In this document: piece by piece, positions 1 through 8,395 of the stretch | How the letters are laid out: the number at the start of each line of letters is the position of its first letter | How positions within the stretch are numbered: the stretch's first letter is position 1 | From: Nemertoderma westbladi | Taxonomy: Eukaryota; Animalia; Xenacoelomorpha | Length of the DNA stretch: 40,925 bases | NCBI GenBank assembly: GCA_032718475.1 | Contig: JAUCBJ010004983.1 | Coordinates: forward strand, 1 to 40,925 | Direction of reading: 5' to 3' | Made by a program: the position numbers and the translations under genes | The notes under the pieces: generated by a model | Seen by the model: only the letters and a program-made list of their open reading frames with translations | What the model was told of the DNA's origin: nothing | The model's database searches: none

Positions 1-204
1 AGGCAAGGCACAGCGACGTCGTCTAATCATAGCACAGTAACCAAGGCAGGAGCCAGTGGGCGCCCCCCTGCAGTAGTCAATTGGTCTCAATTTCATTGCT
101 CTTACATTACAGACTATTAAACTGGTTGAGAGATTATATAATATAGGCCTAAGTAATAAGCTGGCTTTCTAAGAACATTGTATGATATTATGATGCCTTA
201 TCAT

Positions 205-234
205 GGGGGCGGGGGGGGGGGGGGGGGGGGGGGG
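205..234 (+). repeat. poly-G tract (G5-C-G24)
   Basis: Read directly from the sequence; it produces the poly-Gly stretch in spurious ORF 178..411. Confidence 0.95.
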
Positions 235-509
235 TGCCTGAGGGAATTATTGGTAGTGTGGCTGGAGGCCTGGCTACAACACTTTGATGGGGTATATGGT
301 CTCCTTTCTACTACTTATTTTCTTTGGCAACCTGCCTGGGATAATGTGGATTGTATCTGGTCTGGGGTCGGGCTCCTTTCCAAAGCAACTTCAACTTCGA
401 ATATTTTCTAATATTCGGTTTATTGCACTTGTCATTATAATTTTTTTAATTTAACGGAACTTGACGATGGCAAAATGCTCTCAGAGTTAGTGTAAGTTGG
501 AATCTCCAC

Positions 510-554
510 GGTAGGGTCCCGGGACCCTGGGACCCTACCCTCGCTACGCTAGTG
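510..554 (+). mobile_element. GC-rich hairpin plus terminus-like motif, probable end of a non-autonomous DNA element (Helitron-like or TIR-type)
   Basis: Perfect 11-bp arms GGTAGGGTCCC (510-520) and GGGACCCTACC (529-539), then 9 nt and CTAG|T (549-553). GCTACGCTAGTG also resembles a TIR end. Confidence 0.35.
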
Positions 555-881
555 GTTTTGCACTTAAACTTTCTAGAACAACCTAATAATGACGCGGTGA
601 CATACTGGATATACTGAAATACATAGTAAATATATGGCGTAGGGACATACTGAGAAATAATGTCGCACTGCGACATAAAGTTAGGAAATATGTCGGCCTG
701 GCGATTTGGTAGTGCGAAATTAATTCCACACAAATAAATAAAATCATAATAATAAAACTGAAGGACTTCAACACGGCAAATAATTATGTTACAAATAATT
801 ACTGGTTAAGAAACTAACATCGTTCTTTAGCTCATTATTTACATCGACTTGGTTAGTTAGGTTTGTATTTAAATCGTTTAC

Positions 882-944
882 TTGGTCACTCAACCCAATA
901 ATATTTTCTTCCAATTCTGTATTCTGTTCTTCCAGCTCTGTAAC
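882..944 (-). CDS. 63-nt phase-0 coiled-coil exon VTELEEQNTELEENIIGLSDQ of a putative angiopoietin/FReD-type gene
   Basis: ttcttaacAG|GTT...CAA|GTaaac; open frame; three heptads with hydrophobic a/d positions. Confidence 0.8.
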
Positions 945-1120
945 CTGTTAAGAAATATTTTTATAACTTTTTATTAATTCAACTCGCTTACAATATCTAT
1001 GAAATCGTATGAAGTTAAATTTAGCAAATAATTATGTTACAAATGATTACTGGTTAAGAAACTAACATCGTTATTTAGCTCTTCGAGTTGGTTAGTTAGG
1101 TTTGTAAGTATATATTTTAC

Positions 1121-1183
1121 TTGGTCACTCAACCCATTAATATTTTCTTCCAACTCTGTATTCTGTTCTTCCGGCTCTGTAAC
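1121..1183 (-). CDS. 63-nt phase-0 coiled-coil exon VTEPEEQNTELEENINGLSDQ (duplicate copy)
   Basis: ttcctaacAG|GTT...CAA|GTaaaa; 3 nucleotide differences from 882-944. Confidence 0.8.
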
Positions 1184-1305
1184 CTGTTAGGAAATATTAT
1201 TATAACTTTTATGAATTCAACTCAACTTTGTCACCATTTACAATATCTATGAAATCGCATGAAATTACATTTAAAATAATAATTTAAAAAAACTAATAAA
1301 CTTAC

Positions 1306-1335
1306 ATTAATGGCTCCACATTGTCCATCATTTGC
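1306..1335 (-). CDS. 30-nt phase-0 microexon ANDGQCGAIN
   Basis: tattacAG|GCA...AAT|GTAAGT, a consensus donor; open frame; the DGxC motif recalls the angiopoietin N-terminus. Confidence 0.75.
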
Positions 1336-1361
1336 CTGTAATAATTAATAAATTATAAATA

Positions 1362-1884
1362 GCTCTGCCGTGCAATGTAAAAAGACCGAAAGTCGCATTT
1401 TTTCAAAATTCACTTTTTCGGGGTCTAAATAATGCGCTCTATCTAATGGTATAATCGAGAACACCGTATCCACTATAGTTCACGAGATATGCAATGTAGA
1501 AAGGCCGTAAGTCACAACATATGTATAGTGTTACAAAGGAAAAGTCCGTAAGTGCAATACTTACAAATGACCGCAACTACTTAAATTTATGCAAAAAAAA
1601 CCGTAAGTCAGCAAGACTTACGGTGTTTTGTCATTGCATAGATAATAAGAAAACGCAAATACGGTTTTATTGAAACATGTATCTTGAAATATGTATTTAC
1701 ATATAGGTCGTACAATGCAAAAATACCGTAAGTACAAAAAATAACTCTGACGTCAAAATATTAATGGAAAGTGAAATTGCGTAGGGTAGAGTTATAAAAA
1801 ATTAGTAATTTACGGACATTTTAAACCAACAATCTCAAAATGACTTTTTGTCACTTGCGGTCTTTTCACATTACACGACAGAGC
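1362..1884. mobile_element. MITE (about 520 bp) with about 33-bp imperfect TIRs and probable TA target-site duplication
   Basis: Left end GCTCTGCCGTGCAATGTAAAAAGACCGAAAGT versus reverse complement of right end GCTCTGTCGTGTAATGTGAAAAGACCGCAAGT; TA at 1360-1361 and 1885-1886; several internal CCGTAAGT motifs in both orientations. Confidence 0.88.
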
Positions 1885-1973
1885 TATTGATGAAATAATA
1901 ATACATTTATATACTAAATAAATAATAATACTGGTTAAGTTATTAAGTGTTTTCATCGCTAATATTATTTTAC

Positions 1974-1994
1974 TTGATACTCCAAAAAGTGGGC
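1974..1994 (-). CDS. 21-nt phase-0 microexon AHFLEYQ
   Basis: attttctatgacAG|GCC CAC TTT TTG GAG TAT CAA|GTaaaa; same CAA|GTAAA donor as the 63-nt exons. Confidence 0.62.
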
Positions 1995-2008
1995 CTGTCA
2001 TAGAAAAT

Positions 2009-3051
2009 GGCAGTGATTTTTTATGTCCTTTTATTTGACTTTTTTGTCCTCCTTTTTTTACGAATTGTGCATAATGACTTTTGTTGTCCCTTTAATGACT
2101 TTTAATGTATGTATTTCTTCAAACTGTCAGACTGCTGATTTCTGGATTGTCAGACAGTTGATTTCAACATGCCTATGCCAAAACATTCAAAATTTGTTGA
2201 TTTCTGGTCTGTCGGACAGTTGGTTTCACTATGCCTGTGCCAAAACATTCAAAATTACATTATTTATAGACTATGAGATAGATTTCCATATGCGCCTGTG
2301 GTAAAAGACTCTAAATTTAATAGTTTGTGGTTGTTGTCGATAATCGATTGCCACATGATGTAGCAAAACACTCATTTTTTAGCCATAAACAATTACCAAT
2401 TGATGGAAAGGAGCAGGTTAAGGCCGGATTTTCTAATCAAAGCAATTAACAGTCACTTTACGAAATGAAGGAAATGAGCAGGTTACAGAGGTTAGCCTTT
2501 CTAACCAAAACGATAAACGGTCACTTTACCAAATTAGAGAAAGGAGCAGGTTACACAGGCGCGATTTTCTAACCAAAACAATGAACAATCACATTACAAA
2601 ATGAAGGAAAGGAGCAGGTTACATAGATGGTCTTTTCTAACCAAAACAATAAACCATAACATTACCAATTGAAAAAAAGGAGCAGGTTACAGAGGCGGGA
2701 TTTCCTAACCAAACAATAAACGATCACTTAACTAATTGAGGGAAAGGAGCAGGTTACAGAGGCGGGATTTTCTAACCTAAAAAATAAACGATCACTTAAC
2801 TAATTGAGGGAAAGGAGCAGGTTGCAGAGGCGGGATTTTCTAACCAAAACAATAAACGATCACTTAACTAATTAAGGGAAAGGAGCAGGTTATAGAGGCG
2901 GGATTTCCTAACCAAAACAATAAACGATCACTTAACTAATTGAGGGAAAGGAGCAGGTTACAGAGGCGGGATTATCTAACCAAAACAATAAACGATCACT
3001 TAAGTAATTGAGGGAAAGGAGCATGTTACAGAGGCGGGATTTTCTAACCAA
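2009..3051 (+). mobile_element. Interspersed repeat, copy 1 (unique arm plus 68-bp tandem subrepeats); inverted homologue at 33005-33794
   Basis: Begins GGCAGTGATTTTTTATGTC and is colinear with the reverse complement of 33005-33794; ORFs 2023..2304(+) and 33598..33780(-) translate similarly. Confidence 0.85.
2404..3051 (+). repeat. 68-bp tandem repeat, about 9.5 copies
   Basis: Unit GGAAAGGAGCAGGTTACAGAGGCGGGATTTTCTAACCAAAACAATAAACGATCACTTAACTAATTGAG; consecutive copies start at 2741 and 2809 (period 68). Confidence 0.95.
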
Positions 3052-3214
3052 CGGTAACGGTATCAAACGGAAACGGTAACGGGGTATAACATGTATAAGT
3101 AGTTTTTTCGAGTACGTTGGTAGTTTGGTTGGTACGTCGAGTACGTTGGTAGGTTGCTGTTGGTAGTAGTAGTGGTAACACTACACAGACAGTAGTCAAG
3201 ATCCATTATAAAAC

Positions 3215-3268
3215 TGATAAATTATGTATGTGAAAGGTATATCCACATTTTCCACAATCCAGTTTGGC
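3215..3268 (-). CDS. Exon AKLDCGKCGYTFH(IHNLS), angiopoietin-like N-terminal CxYTF motif; donor position uncertain
   Basis: aattgatAG|GCC AAA CTG GAT TGT GGA AAA TGT GGA TAT ACC TTT CAC...; the first phase-0 GT is the weak TCA|GTTTTA at 3214, followed two codons later by TAA. Confidence 0.65.
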
Positions 3269-3293
3269 CTATCAATTATTTAAAATGTATTAG

Positions 3294-3580
3294 CACAACC
3301 GGTAGGCCTACCATTACCGTATTCAAATGGTAAGGCTACAGCAGTACTGGTGTCGGTACCGGTACTAAAATACCTGCTTAATACCTACATCTGTACAAAC
3401 AATACAGCAATAATACTGCAAAATAGTGCTCTATATACTAATACCGGTACTGATAGCAGCCTGGGAGAACAGCAGTAGAGAAACCGGTAACCTGGAACCT
3501 AACGGTAAATTTCTGGAGGACATAAAAAGTAAAAAAAGGGACATCATGAGTGATTTAAACGGATAATAAAAATTATTGCG
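3294..3580. repeat. Interspersed repeat fragment homologous to 36191-36382
   Basis: 3294-3371 matches the reverse complement of 36191-36280; 3478-3580 matches 36281-36382 directly (GAGAAACCGGTA..GGAACCTAAC..GGAGGACATAAAAA..GATTTAAACGGA.AATAAAAATTATTGCG). Confidence 0.8.
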
Positions 3581-3950
3581 ATAGAAAATGTTGAAAAATC
3601 CACCACATATTACAATATTACAAGAAAACTGATATGAGTTGGGGTACAATTGGTGTGGGGACATCAGATTGGGGGAGGCCATGCCATAATAATAGCAAAC
3701 CAGTCTGCAATACTCGACAAAAACCAAAATAAATGTGAACTGAATAACTAACAGACAGTTTGTGAGGAACTGGCTGTTGGCTACAGTCATGTATGCGTTG
3801 TCAGTCTCCCTAGGATGCTAACCGTTTAAATACAATTCTTGTTTGTGGAATAATTCTGTGAGAAAACATTTTTTTTGTTTTGATGAATAAATCTAACATC
3901 CTTAATAAATAACAACGATAAATGAATACTTTATACAATAAATAAATTAC

Positions 3951-4007
3951 CTGGAGTAGGAAAAGAGCTGACAGCAGAGAAAATAGTTTAAGACTTACGG
4001 ATAACAT
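3951..4007 (-). CDS. First coding exon: signal peptide MLSVSLKLFSLLSALFLLQ
   Basis: aaaaATG context; 19 codons with a basic residue and hydrophobic core; ends CAG|GTAATT, phase 0. Confidence 0.75.
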
Positions 4008-4062
4008 TTTTACAGTATTTGTAAATAACTTTGTAACTAAAGTTATGATAATTTTCTGATAG

Positions 4063-4099
4063 AGAATGGTTTTAATGCCTAAAACTCCTTCTATTTATA
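4063..4099 (-). promoter_or_regulatory. Putative TATA box plus initiator for the microexon gene
   Basis: Minus strand TATAAATA (4099-4092) and CCATTCT (YYANWYY, A at 4067), 32 nt apart and 60 nt upstream of the ATG. The AT-rich context weakens specificity. Confidence 0.45.
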
Positions 4100-4255
4100 C
4101 ACTTTTGACAAAGGCAATTACTTATGCAATGAATAAAGTCTCATAAAAGGCAATCAAAGGCGGCAAGTATTAAGACCTTTATAGAACAATTATTAGTAAC
4201 TACCTTAGTATAGATACCATTGTGTGTTAGTTATCACTTTAAATTACATTCTTAT

Positions 4256-4690
4256 ACAGAAAGACTGCTGCCGCCTGGCTACCAGTTGCAGTTACAGACA
4301 GACTGTGGGCATCTGGATATCAGTTAAAGGCAGACTGCAGGCGCCTGGCTACCAGTTACAGGCAGACTGCTGGCGCCTGGCTACCAGTTACAGACAGAAT
4401 CCTGGCACCTGGCTACCATGTTACAGGCAGACTGCTGGCGCCTGGCTACCAGATACAGACAAACTGCTGGCGCCTGGCTACCAGTTACAGACAGACTGCG
4501 GCCGTCAGGATACCAGTTACAGGCAGACTGCTAGCGCCTGGCTTCCAGATACAGACAGACTGCTAGCGCCTGGCTGCCAGTTACAGACAGACTGCGGGTA
4601 TCTGAATACCAGATACAAGCAGACTGCTAGCGCCTGCCTACCAGATACAGACAGACTGCTGGCGCTTGGCTACCAGTTACAGACTGGTAA
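4256..4690 (+). repeat. 32-bp GC-rich minisatellite, about 13 copies
   Basis: Unit AGACTGCTGGCGCCTGGCTACCAGTTACAGAC; consecutive copies at 4429 and 4461. Confidence 0.93.
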
Positions 4691-4699
4691 CAACAGACT

Positions 4700-7600
4700 A
4701 CAAACCTCAATATTTCAGCTCTAGATTCGATGTTTCTTGAACCTTATCATCTCAACAACGACCATAGGGATTTCGATTTTGACTTTAATCCTGATGTAAA
4801 TTTGTTTTCTGATTTTAATGACATTACAAAATGTAGTTATTTATTTTCAGGTGACTTTAATGCAATTTGTAAAGATATAAACATAAAAAAAGACTTTTCA
4901 CTTATTCATTTTAATGCTCGTAGTTTGCCTGCATATTTTGATGATATTAGCAATTACTTAATTCAACTAGACTGTAAATTTGATGCTATTGGGATTTCGG
5001 AAACTTGGTTACATGACGACAAACATGACCTGAAAACATATGAATTTCCAGGATTTAAATCTTATACCTTTTGTAGGGAAAACCAGGAAGGCGGTGGTGT
5101 TGGTCTATATGTAAAAGACTCAATTGCAGTAAAGCCTAGAAAGGATCTTTCGAAAAATAACTGCGCTGACATAGAAACTGTTTTTGTTGAAATTCCTCAA
5201 CAAAAACAAAAAAATATAATCCTTGGAGTTATTTATCGTCCCCCAGGCCGATGTATTCACGACAGCATTAAAGCACTAGATACTGTCTTAAATAAAATTA
5301 ACGAGGAGGGCAAGGTATGCTATATCATGGGGGACTGGAATATTGACCTTCTTAAAATAGATCGACATACACAATCAACTGACTTTTTCAACCTTATGAC
5401 TTCTTATAATTTCCATCCGACTATTTCCAAACCCACTAGAATAACAGAAACTACAGCCACTCTCATTGATAATATTTTTGTTAACACATTTGCCAATTCA
5501 TCAAAATCTGGTATTCTGGTTACTGGGATTACAGACCACCTACCAATATTCTTATTAAGCTCCTTATCATCAAATTCACCTCTATCAAATAAAAATAAAA
5601 AATTTATATTTAAGCGACAGAGTCTTCCTGATCAAATTAATGAATTTAAACGAAAATTAACTGAAACTGACTGGGAATCTATATTGTTGATGGAAATAAA
5701 TGAGAATGACACTGACGGTTTGTATAAAGCCTTTATATCAACCTATAGCAAGCTGTATAACGAGTCCTTCCCTATTAAGCGCATTAAAATCTCCAACCCT
5801 AAAACCCCATGGATTCCTGAAAATTTGTTACATTGTATACATAAAAAGGATAGACTCTACCGACAGTGGTTGAATAAACGTTCATTAGCGAGTAGAGAAA
5901 AATTTACTACCTATCGTAATGCACTAAGAAACATTATTAGAACCGCAAAAGTAAAATATTTTCAAAATGCCCTTGACGGTAAAAAACAAACGATAAGACA
6001 ATTATGGCAATCTATAAATTTTCTAATCAATCGTAAAATATCAAAAAATTCTGCTCCCCGACTTATTATTCACAATTCTCAATCTGAAACTGAACCTCGT
6101 AAAATAGCATCAGCATTTAATAACTATTATGCCAATGTTGGAAAAAATCTTGAATCAAAAATTCCAACTGTATCTCAATGCCCTTTACAATATTTATCTT
6201 CACCCTCTAAACCTAATCGTCTTATTGAATTTCAGGAAGTCTCAATATCAGATATTTTACTTACTGCAAATAATTTGAAAGCCAAGACTAGCCCTGGGCA
6301 TGATGACATCAACGCCACTGTTGCTATGCCAACCCTGTCTGCTATAATCAAACCCATTACCTATATAATCAACTCCTCCCTTCGCACTGGAATAGTTCCC
6401 GATGATCTCAAAATCGCAAAAGTAATTCCAGTATTTAAAGCTAACGATGCCACTTCCCCTATAAACTATCGACCAATTTCAGTTCTCCCATTTTTTTCAA
6501 AGCTTTTAGAGAAAGTGGTACAAAATCAACTTTTAGAATACTTAGAACTTCAAGACATATTATCCCACTCACAATTTGGTTTTCGGTTGAACAGATCTAC
6601 TGAATTAGCATTACTAACTCTTTTGGATAAAATTACTTCACATATTGATAAAAAAAATATAGCATTAGCAGTATCAATTGACCTTTCTAAGGCCTTTGAT
6701 ACTGTTAACCATAATATTTTACTAAAAAAATTGAAACATTATGGGATCAATGGAACTGCTTTGAAATGGTTTGAAAATTATTTGCAGGATCGAAAACAGT
6801 TTGTTGTCATTGACGGCAAAAGATCTGATTTAGTAAACATAGAATGTGGTGTTCCGCAGGGATCTATATTAGGGCCTCTGTTATTCTTGCTGTATTGCAA
6901 TGACTTAACCAATATATCCCGTATTTTAAATTTCATACTTTTTGCTGATGACACCAACATTGTAAATGGTGACGCTAACATCTCCAACCTTATTAGAAAT
7001 ACAAACATTGAACTCGAAAAAATTAATCAGTGGTTTTGTGCAAATCGATTATCTTTAAATTTAGATAAAACCAATTTCATTCTTTTCCAACCAGGTAACA
7101 AAGCGATATCGCCAGGTGAATCATTATCTATTAATAACGTACAAATACAACAGGTCAAATATGCCAAATTTTTGGGAGTAATAATTGATGAAAAATTAAA
7201 TTGGAAACACCACTTTTATAAAATAAATAATAAAATTTGTAAGAACATAGGTGTTATCAATAGGATCAAATCTTTTGCATCTATTGAAGCATTATCACAT
7301 TTGTATTATGCACTAATCCATCCCTATTTGTTTTATTGTACATCGGTATGGGGAAAGTCAACCCTGGACATATCCAATCACCCACTTACTAATCCACTGC
7401 CTCACCCTCGGCAAAGGCGAAAAAAACGAAAGAAAATGAGTACATCGGATTCTCCCCGTATCTCAATTGCAACTCTGCATAAGAAGCAACAGAAAGTCCA
7501 AAATATTATAAATCGACGTGACCCTTCATTTGCACCATTATCATTAGGTAAAATCTTTATCTTTCAAATTGCATTGATTTCCTACAAGTATGTCAATGGT

Positions 7601-8110
7601 TTACTTCCCCGTGGTGTTTTTCCTTCCCTCCTCACACCGGTTTCATCTATACATAATCATCAAACCAGAAACGCCCAATTTCAAAATTGCTTTCGATTTC
7701 GTAATTCAAGTAGAGTTCGTGAACAATCTATTTACTCCGTTTCGCCAATAATATGGAACAGTTTACCACTTATAGTGCGACAGTCAAATAGCATAGGTAG
7801 TTTTAAAAATAGGTTGAAAAATTACATTTTAAATTCAAATTAATAAATCTTATATTTTGTTTTATTGTCCAAATAACTGTAACATTTCTTAGTATTTTTA
7901 TTTACTACTAATATATTACAATTATATAGTTATAGTAGTTGTAGAATAGTGTGTTTATGTTGTGTATGGTGGTTGAAATAATAGGATCTCCTGTGTCAGC
8001 CACCATTCACACATAATGCTTAACTGGTAATATTATTATCTCATTACTTCCTATAGCATGCATTGTGTGTGAAAAATTGTTATCGAAAAATAGAAAAAAA
8101 TAGAAAATAG
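4700..8110 (+). mobile_element. LINE copy (ORF2 plus AT-rich 3' UTR; no recognisable ORF1); boundaries approximate
   Basis: ORF2 as above; a possible A-rich (AAAATAG)n-like tail at about 8086-8110; no TSD identified. Confidence 0.7.
4730..7843 (+). CDS. Non-LTR retrotransposon ORF2 (APE endonuclease + reverse transcriptase), CR1/L2 group, possibly Crack-like
   Basis: APE motifs HFNARS, GISETW, IYRPP, GDWNID, LIDNIF, TDHLP; RT motifs NYRPISVL, QFGFR, DLSKAFDTV, GVPQGSILGPLLF, FADDT, FLGV; C-terminal WNSLP..FKNRLK; 1037 aa with no stops. Confidence 0.96.
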   Translation: MFLEPYHLNNDHRDFDFDFNPDVNLFSDFNDITKCSYLFSGDFNAICKDINIKKDFSLIHFNARSLPAYFDDISNYLIQLDCKFDAIGISETWLHDDKHDLKTYEFPGFKSYTFCRENQEGGGVGLYVKDSIAVKPRKDLSKNNCADIETVFVEIPQQKQKNIILGVIYRPPGRCIHDSIKALDTVLNKINEEGKVCYIMGDWNIDLLKIDRHTQSTDFFNLMTSYNFHPTISKPTRITETTATLIDNIFVNTFANSSKSGILVTGITDHLPIFLLSSLSSNSPLSNKNKKFIFKRQSLPDQINEFKRKLTETDWESILLMEINENDTDGLYKAFISTYSKLYNESFPIKRIKISNPKTPWIPENLLHCIHKKDRLYRQWLNKRSLASREKFTTYRNALRNIIRTAKVKYFQNALDGKKQTIRQLWQSINFLINRKISKNSAPRLIIHNSQSETEPRKIASAFNNYYANVGKNLESKIPTVSQCPLQYLSSPSKPNRLIEFQEVSISDILLTANNLKAKTSPGHDDINATVAMPTLSAIIKPITYIINSSLRTGIVPDDLKIAKVIPVFKANDATSPINYRPISVLPFFSKLLEKVVQNQLLEYLELQDILSHSQFGFRLNRSTELALLTLLDKITSHIDKKNIALAVSIDLSKAFDTVNHNILLKKLKHYGINGTALKWFENYLQDRKQFVVIDGKRSDLVNIECGVPQGSILGPLLFLLYCNDLTNISRILNFILFADDTNIVNGDANISNLIRNTNIELEKINQWFCANRLSLNLDKTNFILFQPGNKAISPGESLSINNVQIQQVKYAKFLGVIIDEKLNWKHHFYKINNKICKNIGVINRIKSFASIEALSHLYYALIHPYLFYCTSVWGKSTLDISNHPLTNPLPHPRQRRKKRKKMSTSDSPRISIATLHKKQQKVQNIINRRDPSFAPLSLGKIFIFQIALISYKYVNGLLPRGVFPSLLTPVSSIHNHQTRNAQFQNCFRFRNSSRVREQSIYSVSPIIWNSLPLIVRQSNSIGSFKNRLKNYILNSN

Positions 8111-8395
8111 ACAGAATGCGGGTTAAAGTTAAAAAGTTAAAGTAAGTAATTTTATAGTAAGAAACGATTTTTATTCAGGAACTCAGTATTATTAATTATT
8201 ATTATTAACTTTTCAGCCAAATATATTATTATATTTTATTTATATTTTATATTATATTATTAAATTTTAATATTTTTTATTATTATTTTTTATAATTAAT
8301 TTTTTACAATATATTAATATTATTTATATATTATATATACGGTAATATATTAATGTACAGTAATGTAGTAATTTTATATAAAACTTACAGTTTTA

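Larger units (their letters stand above)
776..1275. repeat. Tandem duplication of an about 240-250-bp exon+intron module (2 copies)
   Basis: GCAAATAATTATGTTACAAAT.ATTACTGGTTAAGAAACTAACATCGTT occurs at 776 and 1024; the two exon copies are offset by 239 bp. Confidence 0.92.

Noticed and set aside
178-411. Gly-rich ORF
   Set aside because: Artefact of the poly-G tract with a non-ATG start; no recognisable domain.
2023-2304. Similar ORFs at 2023..2304 and 33598..33780 as paralogous genes
   Set aside because: They are translations of two copies of the same non-coding repeat and are not conserved in length.
2404-3051. 68-bp unit as an exon array, because CAG|GTTACAGAG matches the start of the coiled-coil exons
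   Set aside because: Similarity is limited to 12 nt, the sequence before the AG is purine-rich, there is no donor, in-frame stops occur and this copy is on the wrong strand.
3834-3855. Extra microexon NYSTNKN on the minus strand
   Set aside because: The acceptor is good (ttttctcacAG), but the next GT gives 22 nt, breaking phase, and read-through hits TAA; left unresolved.
4224-4724. 166-aa ORF as LINE ORF1
   Set aside because: It is the translation of the 32-bp minisatellite cycling through frames, with a GTG start and no ORF1 motifs.
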